From Lobosporangium transversale (Eukaryota), in contig NW_019029014.1 of NCBI RefSeq assembly GCF_002105155.1, positions 310,001 to 374,000 on the forward strand: a DNA stretch of 64,000 nucleotides. Direction: 5' to 3'. The position numbers and the translations under genes were made by a program. Numbering within the stretch: position 1 is the first letter of the stretch; each line of letters opens with the position of its first letter. Positions 48,311 through 61,900 of the stretch are shown piece after piece. Below the pieces are notes generated by a model. It searched no databases and had not been told where the DNA came from. It worked only from the letters and a program-made list of their open reading frames with translations.

Positions 48311-49213
48311 GGCTGGAGCCTATTCTTCTATGGCTATGCTTTTCCTGATGTGTAGGAATAAAGACGTCGCTGTCAATTTCCTTTCGTTTCGTTATTAGTC
48401 ACTGCTACTACTGCAATTGACATTTTACGTCAAAGAGATTTAGGGCATAAAGAATGGAAAAAAATGTGAGATTCTGAATCTATATAGAGCCGCAGTAACA
48501 ACTAATTCAGCTCCTTGTTTGCAACAAGCACTACCTGAAATCTTGACGGATGAGCAAGAAAAAGAGAACCTATTACACAGAGAGTATCGGTAATGAGAAA
48601 TGAACGAGATTGAATGATGTCCAAGGCCTCGCATGAGTCAGTGCCTGTGTTCAAAAGTGACTAATCCTGTCATTCACAGGAATCACAAACAGTCAATGCC
48701 CTCTGTTCCAGACTTTCATTGTTCAACTTCTTTTCTATAACGAACTTGAACAACACCAACGGCTATCACTTACGCCACTCTATGACGCTACGTCTACAGT
48801 AGACGAGTGTTTGACAATGCTTGACAGAACGTTGACCAAATGAAGAATTAATGTTGATCCAGAGAGGTATTTACAATTCAATGAAGCGCAGGAAGGGGAA
48901 AAAAATGAAAGTGAGGAGAGAAAGGCTGTCCCACTTTTTGCTGGTCTTGCTGTCTGTTCATCAGAACCTCAAGCAAGGCATTTGGACCTGTGTTTTAAAG
49001 TGTCAGGAACACGCTCTATTTTTTCACCTGACCCATGGAAAGGAGAGCCTGCTGCCTTGAAGATGGACACTCCTTTATTTTAAACTTGCATATATTTCTG
49101 CAATGTCATTCGGATATTAAGTTGCGCTTGGGCCAACTTTGGTGCTAGTGGCACCAAGACACATTTCATTCAAGAGCATTTATCTTTTTATTCCATGTTA
49201 CATTATAATTCAT

Positions 49214-51513
49214 TCACAGTTTGGCCCTGCCACCGGCAATACGCTGATATTCTTCATTTCTGAAAGGTCTGTAGTGGTGACCATCCAGCCACAGCATCTC
49301 GTCCTTGATTATACTGGGGTTGATACCCTCATTGACCAACTCCACTTTGCGTTGCTTAAATGTTCCTGTGATTTCCATCTGAGATTTTTTTCGGATGAAA
49401 ATAGGAACAGAGTACCGTGGTAAGTTTTTCAATGCATGTTCTGCAAACTTGTCCCAGTCCATCGTCTCCTTAGCAACAATCGCTGCCATGCCGGCGCGAC
49501 CATCGTAGCCAGGAACTTGGACGCCATAGACGTTGACTTCGAGACAATCTGGGTGCGCTGAAAGTACTTCAGACACCTCAGCCGTCGAGACATTCTCAGA
49601 TTTCCAGCGGAACGTGTCACCCACGCGGTCACCAAAATAATAGTAGCCGTCAGCATCGCGACTCAGGATATCACCCGTGCGGAAGTAGACATCCCCTGTC
49701 ATTAGAAACAACAACCAAGTAGATGTCAATATCGAGATAGGAGCACAACAAAGTTTAATCCGAACAGTTGTCGATTGACATACCAGATTTAAAAACGTCT
49801 TTAGCAATCTTCTTGTTAGTTGCATCCTTGTTATTATGATAACCACGAAAGTCCTTGATAGGACTGCTTGCATCTATTACGCATAATAATTCTCCTGGTT
49901 CACCAGGTCGGCATTCAATACAACGTCCGTTCTTGTCCCGAACCAATTCCTCTGTCTCGATGTCAAACTTGGCAATCTTTAAGCCAGGAAGAAGTAGACT
50001 AGCAAGAGGGCCATGGAATCCAACCGCACCTACTCCATTAGGCCCAGTATTGTAGTTATTCAATGCTCCTGTGCCCTCGGTCGAAGCATACCACTCAAAG
50101 ATCACAGGGATACCGTAGCGTTCCCTAAACCGGTTCCAAACATCAGGGCGCATGCCGTTACCATGTGCCAGCCGGACCGAATGCATTTTGTCTAATGGAG
50201 ACTCTGGCAAATTTACCAAGTATCTACAAATCTCTCCGATATACTGGATTACAGTAACATTGTTGGCACGGCAATCATCCCAGAATCTAGTTGCTGAGAA
50301 TTTTCGGGCCAGAATTATAGTTCCACCGACCGACCAGGTGACGCCCACTCCTAGAACCGCCGCTGAACTATGATACAGGGGCATACAAACATAGAAACGA
50401 TCTTTGTCGGTAAAATTGCCGAACCTTTCAAAGAATAATGCCCCCACTAGTAAGAGTAACATGAAGAAAAACTCGTTAGGCTACTACATCCACAAGAGAA
50501 ACGATCTTATAATGTTTGGTTCAGTTGTATCAGATGATAATTAGTTGCTCCTTACTATCAGCGCGGGCATGTGAGAACCGTCCAGCCTTGGGTAGGCCCG
50601 TAGTTCCCGAAGTATAAATGAGCATTGCAATATCATCGGCCTTCATCTTATGAGGAAGATGTTTAGGTGTATCCGCATCGGAGACCGAGGTAAGGTCAAT
50701 TGGCATCGCGAAATCAACGTGTCCCATCTCACCACAAGTATAGATCGTAAAGCCCATTTGTAGAATTTCGTCTAGTGATTCAGCAACAGGCGCTGTCAAC
50801 TCTGTATCCAAGATGAGCATTGAGGACGTGGCGGTGCGGAGTGAGTGAGTGAGGGGCTTGCCCGAAAGATTGGTGTTGATGAACGCACCACATGCACCAA
50901 TCTTCATGATACCGAGCCAGCAAAAGAGGAACTCAGGTTTGTTGTTCATCATAAGTGATACAATGTCCCCACGCTTTACGCCTTTGGATAGCAACCAGTT
51001 GCCAACTTTATTAGAAGCTGTAGATGTTAGAAGGGCACGAATGGGTTTAAAAGAAATACGAAGGAATAGTATTAATGTCAGTTGGCTTTTAACAACAGTT
51101 CGTTAAGGTGGCACGCAGGGTGCGTGGAATGTAGCCTTGAATAACTCTGATGATAGAAGGCCTACTTTCGTATATACCATCTCTAAAACCTAAAAAGACA
51201 CTTCCATATATAAAATATATATATATAAAAGCATCCTAGAGCAACAGAGCAACATTTGCTACTCACCAAGATGGACATCACGAAATGAGTAGGATTTGCC
51301 TTCAAACACCAAGGCTTCGCGGTTCGGATACTTGCGATAGCTCTCTTCAAAGCGATAGCTCAAGTTGATTTTCCCTTGCTTCTCAAGGGTGGCAAATGCT
51401 CGTTGCATCCCTATTGCACTCTTGAGCATTTTAGCATCTTGGGGAAGCGACAGCTTGGCGCTCACATACATGGCCACGGGCACAGCGGCAGCAACAAGAG
51501 GGAGGGCTGGCAT
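49214..51513 (-). CDS. FAT1: Very-long-chain fatty acyl-CoA synthetase / fatty acid transport protein (FATP family), about 4 exons
   Basis: AMP-binding motif 'IYTSGTTGLPKA', 'PLYHSSA', 'QYIGEICRYL', 'GNGMRPDVW', 'YASTEG', and the FATP signature 'GDVYFRTGD...YFGDRVGDTFRWKSENVST'. Confidence 0.93.
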
Positions 51514-51835
51514 GGTAGAAGATTAGGGCCAGTCAATGAGTAAAAAAAAAAAAAAAATGTAGTAATGCAGTGTGAGACTAAGGATTTCAAAAGGTAGTAC
51601 ATGAATGCATTCTTACATCCAATACTCACCGGCCATAAAGAAGTTTGTAAAATGTATGAAGGGACTAGAGTGAGAGAAGAAAAGAAAGAGTAGAGAGGAG
51701 AGAGTGCTCTTAACAGCCTTTCTCTTCATTATCCAGTTTCAAACGATCTTTTATGATAAGGGTATTATGTCAATTTGTAATAGCTCACTGGTGGAGTTTC
51801 GTATCCGGGTTGAATTATCAGCCGGTTCTCTTTTT

Positions 51836-51944
51836 TCAGCTCCTTGAGGCTTGATCTTCCCCACACTTCGGGATGTTATCTGTTGGCCCATTCTGTAGTC
51901 GTATAGTAGTAGGACGTCTGTGTGCAACCATGTACATGTATATA

Positions 51945-51979
<35 letters not shown>

Positions 51980-52546
51980 TAATAATAATAATATGAAGAT
52001 CTTAAAAGGTGGTCTAGCTTTAAGATACAGAATGCTATTAAGTTCTTTATTGATGAAACTGGGGAAACAGTGAGCAAAAGTGCCAAGAATGCAGAAAGGC
52101 ATAAAAACACACATTTTTAGAGCAATCGTTCTTCTAAACTCGATCAGGCAAAGTGCACTTTGAAAGAGCTCTTCAAGCCGTTTCCATTGATACTCTATTA
52201 TCACCCCGCCTAACCGCAAGCTAACACTCATCGGACCAGTCTTGATAGCATTGACCATGATCTTGAGTTTTTTGTCACTACGCTTCCGAATACGATTCTC
52301 GTCATCATTATCTGGATCACTCTCTATCCCAAGATCTTCGCCATCCTCATCCTCGTCCTTATCGTCTAGTCCTGCCTCTAAGTTTGCAACCAAAACATCA
52401 CCATGGACCTTCAAGAAAACGCTCAAGGATAATTCTGCCAACTCAAAGCACTTCTCCATCTTCAAGGGATATTCGATTGCCTCCAAAAAGTATCTCAGTT
52501 CTGCCAAATTGTTTTCCAATGACATGCATCTGAGCTCAAAATCCAT
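51836..52546 (-). CDS. Hypothetical protein with an acidic loop; the 3' part probably runs into an intron
   Basis: About 145 protein-like codons from ATG 52546, after which the ORF enters poly(A)-rich intron-like sequence. No recognisable motif. Confidence 0.4.
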
Positions 52547-52910
52547 AGCAGAAGGAAATTCAGTGATTCAATATGGTCAAACATGACTGAGTGACTACTG
52601 CCTACAAGTGTAAGTGTCTAGTTTACTGGCTAGTGTTATCAACTAGGAAGAATGAATGAAACAACAACAGTTGCGCCTCTTAGAGCACAAAGCGTTCATT
52701 CACCATGCCTTTTTTCTTTTTTTTTTTGTTATTGCAACTGGAGGCTCATACCGATGCCATTTTTGGTTAGTCCATTTTGTCAATTATAAAAGGTTTATTA
52801 TGTAGTAGGCTTATAATTGACAAAAGCCTCTCTAAAAGAGATATCGGTATGAGTTTCCAGTTGCAACTCCACATATTAAATCATTGGTTTCTTGGTGGCA
52901 ATAGTTTTAT

Positions 52911-53965
52911 TTAAGAGTTTGCAGACACCTCGGCGGTTGATACTCCTGACGAAGTAGTGCTATCAGTAACAGCAGTAGCCTTTTTCTTCTCCCATGGCTT
53001 TGGTCTGGGCACGAGCTGTGCCTCACTAGGTGTTCCTTCAGCTAGATTATTGGGGATCTGGCGAATGCCTGAAAACAAAAGGGAAGACGAATATAACATC
53101 AATTATGTATTCAAGTACGAATGTTTACCTAATACCTAGACAAATACTGAGGAGCTTTATCTCCCCTTACCTGGGATCGGCTTTCCAGCAGCAATGAGCT
53201 CACAGATCTCTTGGAAAGACTTTGGGTAGCTCGGATCTTTGAACATCATAAAGTTAGAATCAACTGCTTTTGTAAATAGACGAGAGCTCAAATTTACAAA
53301 AACATGATGGTAAGTACCTGCAGCCGGTGCGACCGATGTAATATCATTGGAAGCCGATGCTCCTATATCATTGGCTGACATAGTATTATGGTCTTTTCCC
53401 AATGATACCTTGCCTGTTGAGCTCTCATCATTTGTCAATTGTTGTTGAGCGCGCCATGCCTTGTATTGAGAGATATCAAATGGTTTAATGAATCTGATGA
53501 TGAGGCCCCCAAGAAATGAGGGTAGCGGGGATTGGGTATACAGTAAGCATTAGAGCAAATTACAGTGAGTAAAGTGAGTGAGTCACTTTGAATAAAAAAG
53601 TACAGGTCTGCTGGCATGATCATATAAACTATCTGGAAACCCATACCGAGTATAATAAAAGCATCTAGCATTTTCAATAGCTTCTTTTTTCTCTTTCTCT
53701 GTCTTGTTTTGATTGCTGTTTATAATGGATTGTAACCCTGTCTGCAGCAGAAGAAGAAACAGGCCAGTTTTGTACATTTTCAGTTTTGAAAAGTCATCAT
53801 GAGTGTCATGCTAAGTTGATTCCAGAATGAATAAATGAATACCTGAAACGTAGCATCGTTTTCAAAATCATAAGCATCAAATGCTTTGAAGGTCTGCTCC
53901 TGTTGCTGCTGCTGTTGTTGTTGCTGCTGTTGTTGATCCTGTTGTTGTTGCGGTGTTACCTCCAT
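52911..53965 (-). CDS. PEX39: PEX39-like (C6orf226/Yjr012c family) peroxisomal PTS2 import factor, multi-exon
   Basis: The spliced product reads 'FKAFDAYDFENDATFQ-TGLQSI...ARCFYYTR-FIKPFDISQYKAWR...SYPKSFQEICELIAAGKPIPG-IRQIPN...RPKPWEK'. The KPWE motif and the 'F.EI.ELI..G.PIPGI' segment are recalled as family hallmarks. Confidence 0.8.
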
Positions 53966-55338
53966 AGTTTCTCCTATTACGAGTATAACTGAGTGCTAGG
54001 GTGTTCGGTTATTTGGCTTTAAGTGACACTGAATGGCAAATGCAAAACTGTATCACGTGTAATAAAACCTGTATGAATTGATCCGCGTTCTTCGCAAGTG
54101 TCCTTTTAATTTCACGCTTTTTAAATTGTTGCCGCTATCTGATATGGCCCTATTTGTATCCATTGCTTCGGCTAATCGATTTCAACGAAGTACACTCTCC
54201 AGATTCAATTAACAGTATCGATCAATTCCTTCATTATATTGGAGGTTGGCTTTAGTTTGTACTCAAATACGTACGAACCTTCAATAAAAAAAAATTAAAA
54301 AAAAAAAAACCCTTCGATAGCCAGGACTCATTTGATAACAGTTGCAGAGTCCAAGTGAGCACGCAGTCTGGTGAGGTGCCTAACGGCCTGAGCAAACTAT
54401 TCTCTGTTTTTGCCGTCACAAGGGATTTAACAAAAGGTTGTTCTCTTTTGCCCCTGCTTTCTTGAAATCAATAAGATTGCATTAATACATGATAAATGAT
54501 ATATGACTGTGAACGGACACGAGTATTGCAAGCGTAAGCCTCCAGCGTGATTAATGGTAGGGTGCGTGCACTCAAGATCAATGAACTGGAGGTGTAGGAT
54601 ATTTGAATGAAGCATAATATAAAAACATGAAACAGTGAGCTTTCATTCAGATCAGGTATATTTATAAGTGGCTATGCTACAGTTTGATGAACATGAGAAT
54701 GATAAAGTGGGGAGATGCGTGCAAAGGTGTGTGATAATGTGTTTGCTATGTTGGTAACAATAGTTTATCAAACGAACTGTTCCCTAGCCCTAATGTCCTT
54801 GGTTCGGTGTGTAGTAGGACGCAGTGCTGAAATTAGGTGAGAGAGGCAATAGTCGATATCCTGGTTTGTAATTCATGCACTAAAAGACTAAAAATACAAA
54901 CGCGTGTTTGTGTGAGGACCCTGTTTAGGCTGTGTGTCCTTGTGCCAATTCATCGTGCTAAAATGGCGAAGAAAGTACATCTGGTTGCTTTCAGTGGTTC
55001 CATTTATGGCATACATATTTTACTATTGGTAGATTGTATTTATTTACTCCTTGTTTGTTTCCTTTTTTTCTTCATGTTTACCTCCTGACTCGTTTCTTCG
55101 CTTGCATTAAAAAAAAAACCACTTCTGTTGTCGTTATTCCTACACCTTTTCCCTGTTCTTCAGCCCGTCCATCATTTCTTGCAACACTTTCACCTACTGA
55201 GTTTATCGCATCACTTTTTTGAATACATCACAAAGCTAGCATACTCCCCCCACCTAATCATATACATTAAACGTCAGCTCCCATCTTTTATTTCAAGTTT
55301 CCTTCTCTTTCTCTTTCTATTCAAAGCGTATCTCATTA

Positions 55339-56693
55339 ATGTCACATCCAAATTCAGGAGCTATATGCTTCCAAATTGATCCATCTTATTCATCAATAGG
55401 CCTCAGAAATATTAATGGCAGTCCTTCTCACCGTCATATCGATCAAAATAACAGCAGTGGGAGTAGCAGCTTTGACTCTCGGTATCTAACTCCGCCAACA
55501 AACGATCCTCTTCTGGGAACTCCAGATTCATCTATAGCTTCGCCAGTTCAAGGTGCTAGAAGCAGCAGTATTAAAGACCAGGATATGAACGTATCCTCAG
55601 CATACTCATCATCAACAGTGACATCGATATCAATGACGGCTTCAGGGTCCAAAGCCGTCTCTTCCCGTCGTAATAGGAACAGCGTCCTTCTGAACGATGG
55701 CATTAAGCATAATGCCGAGGTCACACGGTCCGATACCAAGACTGCTTCTGCCTCAGGCCGCCTACGGCCGCAGCGCTCATTAGTCATGAAGCATCGACTT
55801 CGCAAGCTGAATGATTTTTATGAAGAGCAACAGGATCAGCCACAACAGCATGGGCAAGCCAGTAGTGGATCCCACCATTCACCGGTCTCAAAGCCCCTTC
55901 CATTATTACCACATAGTGCCGGAAGATCATCACCATCATCATCATCAGAAGCATTGCCGAAAAGACGAGGTGTCAGTTTAAGCAGAGGGCTGTCATCTAG
56001 ACGGCGAGATCCTCTCGGTTCTTTGGTTTCACGTTCAGCTAACAGCTCTTCCAACCCGGAAGAAATAGATACATCAAGGTTGCTAGAGTACTCACAGGAG
56101 ATTAGCTCTGATCCCTTGAGCTCTCGTTGTGACAGAGCAGGATACGAGTCGTATGAACTACAACCCACCTCTCTTAGACAGGAATTCTCCACCATTGACT
56201 TGAATGGTAACCGTGAGAAGAAACGCTGTAATAGTCACGGCCTTACATCTGAATATTATAATTCAACTCAGGAACATTGCTCTGACAATGACCAGCATCA
56301 TCGTCATACATGGACTGAGATGCTGCATGGTGATCGACCAGACCGACACTTGTTCCCGTATAGGAGTAGTAAGGAGAATATCCATGCTCTGAAGACCTTC
56401 TTAAGACGATTTTATCTTGTCCTATTGATTATTCCTGCATGGACCATTCCGTATGTTTTGACAGCCCAAGCAGAGCATGCCCAATTAAAGCAGGAGCATC
56501 TGCTAGAAAGAGCAGCACCGGAGGTGGAGGAGAAGGGGGCAGGAGGGGGAGAACATGGAGTCATGTTAAGCAAGTGGGCCAATCTAATCGTGTTTATTCT
56601 CAACTTATTGGCTATGATGCATCTCGGCAAGGCAGCAGGTGCATGCATGGAGGAATTAGTCCCCAAACTCGGAATGGTAACACTACACAAGAA

Positions 56694-56728
<35 letters not shown>

Positions 56729-57906
56729 TTTAATAACCTCATTGTTAATGATTGTGGTTACAATATTGATTCTAGAGAATTGTCAGTATTTTTGATGCCA
56801 TGACAAGCAGCTCAGTCGAATTGGCTGTCGCAGCATTTGCATTAATGAAGGGTCTTGTGCGCGTAGTGCAGGCAGCAATGCTGGGGGCCATTCTCAACAA
56901 CCTATTGATGGTATGGTATTCTCTTCCTTCCTTGTTCCTTTCATCTATACCCTTTTACATTTCGGTTCATATATTAATTTGGGGTTTCTTACATTCTTCC
57001 TTCTAGATGATGGGTATCGCACTATGTGTTGGAGGCTATTATCACCGTGAACAGAAAATCCAAGCGGATACATCTCAGACAGGAATGAACCTGCTCATGA
57101 TTGTTTGTATATCCTACGTGATCCCTGTGGCACTTGATAGTACCTTCACAGAGCTTCGTAAAGCTTCTATCCCCCATCACCTAAGCCAAGCACAGCTTAT
57201 TGAAGCAACACGAGCTATCACTGAAGGAGTCCAACACGATCTCTGGACCATCAGTAAAGTCATGGCCATAGTCATGTTAATTCTATATGGATGCTGTCTT
57301 TTGTTCCAATATGATTCCACATCCTTTATGGTCACACCAGAAGCTAAGCACACAGGCGCCCATACTGTTCACCGTCGAAATGTTCATTACTGGTTCGCAG
57401 GCTTGGGTTACTCAGTCATGCTGGGGGCTCAGATCTATTCCGCCAATCTGTTGGTTCATGCTGTTGAAGCGCTTGGGAAGCAGTTCCACCTGAATGACTC
57501 ATTTGTAGGATTTGTCTTGCTGCCAATTGTGTTAATTGCAGATCTTCAGGAGGAGGTCATTGCTATCAAAGAAAGTCGTGCCAATCGTTTAGATCGATCC
57601 ATTGCATTGATGGTTGGCAGTTGTATGCAGATCGCACTTTTAGTCACCCCTCTCTTAGTCCTGTTAGGTTGGGTCGTCGATGTGCCTATGACTTTCCGGT
57701 TTAGTCTCTTAGAGGCAGCTGTTTTGGCAGGGTCTGTTTTGATTGTCAACTACTTGCTACAAGATAATGAAACTAATTGGCTGGAGGGATGTTTATTGTT
57801 GGCTGCGTTCTTCATGTGTGCTTTGGCATTTTACTATGATATTAAACCCTTTGAGTCAGAATTGGGCAGTGGAGACCATGAACCAGGAGCTGGAAGCCAT
57901 CATTAA
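55339..57906 (+). CDS. Ca2+/cation antiporter (CaCA) family, CAX/Vcx1-like, with long Ser-rich N-terminus and atypical alpha-repeats; 3 exons
   Basis: CAX-like segments 'VELAVAAFALMKGLVRVVQAAMLGAILNNLL', 'FVGFVLLPIV', 'VGSCMQIALLVTPLLVLLGW' and 'NYLLQDNETNWLEGCLLL'. Introns at ~56677-56774 and ~56911-57006. Confidence 0.88.
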
Positions 57907-58033
57907 AAATTTGAAAACAAAAATAAAATAAAAAAGACATCTTTATTGGTGGCGTTTATTGCAATAGATTTATGCAGTGTAAGCGTCGCCCGTTCTATTC
58001 CGATTCACCTTAGCTTAATATGTTTATATATCT

Positions 58034-58081
58034 CCATCAATTATTGCCATCAATTATTGCCATCAATTATTGCCATCAATT
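58034..58081. repeat. Tandem repeat, 13-bp unit CCATCAATTATTG, about 3.7 copies
   Basis: Directly visible between the convergent stop codons at 57906 and 58103. Confidence 0.9.
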
Positions 58082-58102
58082 CTATACCAACTCTAATGCT
58101 AC

Positions 58103-58605
58103 CTAAGCACTGGCGTTGGTGTCAGAAGCAGAGGCGGATAGTGCTGTAGCAGTGGCTCGCTTTTCCTCAGCGCTTCCATACAGAATATCATGTCGTTTTT
58201 GGTTTGCGAGACGGATCTGCATCTCCCGGTCACGACGTTCGTAGTTGGTAAATGCCGTGTCGGACCCATTGCCAAAGCCTGCCAAGGACGCAGCCACCAT
58301 GAGCCAGCCCTAATGACATACGACAATATCGTGCGAATGGGCAGGTAATGTATGCAGAAAAAGAAAGTCAGAATGACGTATATTTTACTACGCTGTTCAT
58401 AGTAAATGTAGATATATATCTGCTTCTGTGCTTTTTTTTTTGTTACCTTCTGAGGAGGACGAATGGCTCTAAATCTTGGGGATGTGGCATGAAGGACCGC
58501 CCCTGCAAAAAGAGCTACGGTACTGTATTTGAAGGCACCAATAAAGCCTCCACGCATAGCAGCTTCTGCTGCAAGATCGTCATCGTTCTGTTTGATAAGA
58601 CGCAT
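58103..58605 (-). CDS. Small two-helix membrane protein (~121 aa), resembling the Rcf2 N-terminal half/Rcf3-type mitochondrial proteins; exons 58447-58605 and 58103-58309
   Basis: MRLIKQ...AAMRGGFIGAFKY...SPRFRAIRPPQK-GWLMVAASLAGFGNGSDTAFTNYER, with a phase-0 GT-AG intron at 58310-58446. The family assignment is by resemblance only. Confidence 0.6.
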
Positions 58606-58948
58606 AGTGTTTTTTTTATGTTTCGCTTCTTAGTTTTGGATGTTGTTGCTTGTTTGTTTCCTTTAGGGTTTAAGTAGTCTATTGCCCTTTGTTTAGTGAT
58701 GCTAGGTTCTTTCAAAAGAAGGTGAATGAATGAATGTGTAAAAAGAAGAAGGTTGACAAACATGGTTTAGAATGAGCCCAGATATTCCGAAACAGATCAC
58801 TTAAGTGGCGTAAAATTCTCAAACCAGCAAGTTATATGAAGACTACTTTTATATGGGAAAGCACCTCCGTGCGCGTTTTTGCAATATCACTCGCTAATAC
58901 GACAGACTCTTATATACATTCTTCAGGGCCAAGAAGAGTGAAGGCGTC

Positions 58949-61900
58949 ATGGCAACATTTGCTACGTGTACCGATTTACATCGCCATCCCTCGACACGCA
59001 ATGCGGGATTAGCTGCCATCTCTTTCTGCGCCAACGACAATGCAGACGATGAGCTGCAAGGCGTGCCTCCTGCCACTTCCTATATATTCGGACAGTGCCA
59101 ATTTCTCAAGGTATTGGAGAAACGCAAGTCAGTTGATCTTTGGACCGGATAATAAAAAAATGCCCCATATAGGTCTCTGGGCGAAAATGTGATGGACTTG
59201 AGACTGACTTATGATAACGGACATCCTGAATTGCATTCATGAATAGAGCCTCTCTCACCCAAACCTTTGCGAATACTTAGATGCCATCAAAGGGAAGCGA
59301 GGTAACATTTTAAAGCAGGTTCGAGCACCAAAACGCCCCAAAGGAGCTTCATATGTTTTTCTAGCAAATTGATGTTTGGTCCTGTTGTCTATATCACATT
59401 AGATCGAGTTTTCGTTGTCCAGGAGCACTACAGCAACTCATTGGATCTCAACCGTATTACATTAGAGAAAGAGCAAGAGAGTACTTCACCGAGAGGGTTA
59501 GCAAATGCATCAATTTCAGTAATTCGAAGTCAAAAACAAAGTCCTTATAACAAGCTTCATTGGTTTGTTCTCTAACTTTTTATTTTTTTTATTTTTTTTT
59601 TACTCAGACAAAGCATTACGAGGATTCGAAAATGGGCAGCGCAAATTATAGACGCACTTATATATCTTAATTCCCATGGGATCGTACATCGTGCTTTAAC
59701 AATATCCAATATCTTATTGACTGAGGATGATTTTGTGAAGTTGAGTAACTATGGACTCTATTATATGACCAAAGGCGGTACACTTGTTCAGTTTTCGATT
59801 GGGGAGCCCCACTATCTCTCGCCGATGGCTTTGGCGCAGCCTTACACATTATCTCTTCAGGATTATTCTGTACGCGATGGATCATTTCTTCTATTTATTA
59901 CATCTGAAACGTTAGCTGATTAAGTATATGGACCTGAAATTAAAACGCTATCCTTCCCTTGATGTATATCCTATGTACCCAGACAGATCTGTGGTCCGTG
60001 GGAGTTATTATGACAGAGCTATTTCTAGGAGTGTCATTCTGGCGCGCGGATCGATCGGATCTGGATGAGCTGATCGCATCGCTCTTTGCCCTACGGAAAT
60101 TGTCGACCACATCCAATAACTGGATCCAAGATTGTTCAGAAAATGTTGGCATCAACCCAATTGTATTGTCGTTTTTGAAGACAGGCAGAGCTCCGGACCA
60201 GGATCGAGTAAAGGAACAAGAGCGTGAGCAAGACAAGAGAGAGGAACAGATCCAAGAGCAGGCGGATCAAACCAGCAAGGAAGAAAACGAGCTCAATACA
60301 TTTATCTGTTTCCTGAGAGCTTGCTTGAGCTTGGAGGCTTTCAATAGCATTGAGCCAGCGCAAATTCGCAACCATGATTTCTTTAAAGCTCTTGATGTAC
60401 TTCATCGAGAAGGCGAACAAGCTACAGGATACAGGTCAAAAATGTGGCATCAAAAGCCATATATCCAGTCAACATCTTTGCCCGACTACGAAGGGGAAGT
60501 CAAGCGGCTGCGGGACGCAATTACTCAAAGAAGGTTAGCCCTAAATGAGGACAAGGGAACCAAAAAGCATCCGACTAAGAATGAATTGCTTTATAAGCTC
60601 CCTTTGTCACAAGTATTCTACCTTTGGAAGTTGGCTGGGGGCGATGTCGAGGCTCAGTTCCGGAGAAATGGACGTCTTGTGGGAACACCTCCTATACAGC
60701 TCTTACCCAAGGTGGTTCACGTCGCAGAAACCAAAGATGAACGTTATCAGCATCATGTTCGTGATATTGCCGATCTATTTTCAGACGTTCCATGTATTCT
60801 ACCGCTCGATAATCTAGAGAGTGAAATTTTGAAGTCAATCCATGAACCTAACAAGGATCAATTTTCGTGGGATACGGATTACTTCTTGTTCTCGGATCCA
60901 GATGAAATGAACTTTTTGCAGGGCACGATGGGGGATGACAAATATAAAGATCGTGGAACCAGCGGTAAAGACGATGATTTTCTCTACCCAGACTCGATGC
61001 GGTTTACGAACATGAATGTGGCCTTTAGGAAAGCGCCCGCTTCTTTATCATCGTCAACACCATCAAACACAGTAGGAGCCTCGGCATCAGGTGGTGCACC
61101 ATCACTGGCACAGCAGCCCAATAAAGCGCGCGTCAAAGTGCCACTTGCGATCCGAGAAAAAGATCTGGGTTACCAGTATCAGCGGCTTTCAATGTTTACA
61201 GATCTATTGCTTCAATATCCAGCCTCACGTGCAGAGATTCTACATCATTCCAAGATCGATATCCCACCACTTCTCCGTGGCAAAGTATGGGCTGCCATCC
61301 TCGGGGTTGTCGGTGACTACCAAGAGGTGTACAACGGGTACGACAAATATACGGAGAAGCCAACAGATCGGCAAATTGAGCTAGGTAAAGTGAATGAGTA
61401 ATGATCGGATTTATCATGTGCAAACAGATACTGCGAAGCACCTAATAATGAATAATTTAAATCAAAAAATGCTGCTAGATGTGCCGAGATGTCATCAATA
61501 CAATCAACTGATGTTCTCCCCTGCTGGTCATGAGAAGATGAAGCGGCTACTCAAGTGTTGGGTTAAAGCAAATGAGAACCAAGCCTACTGGCAAGGTGAG
61601 CTTCCCGTGTAAGACATGAGGGTTGCACCATGAGATGGGATAATAATACTACCACTAACACAAAAAACGTCTTGTATCTATATATCAGGACTGGACTCTT
61701 GTTGTGCTCCGTTTTTGACCTTGAACTTCAATGACGAGGCATTAGCGTTTGCATGCATACAGTTGTTCCTGCCAAAGTTCTTAAAGGATATGTTCTTGCA
61801 TGATAATTCGCAGGTTATTCACGAATATCTGGCGGTTTTTAAGCATCTCCTTTCATATCATGATCCAGAGCTGTCTAGTCATCTGGATCATATCCGATTC

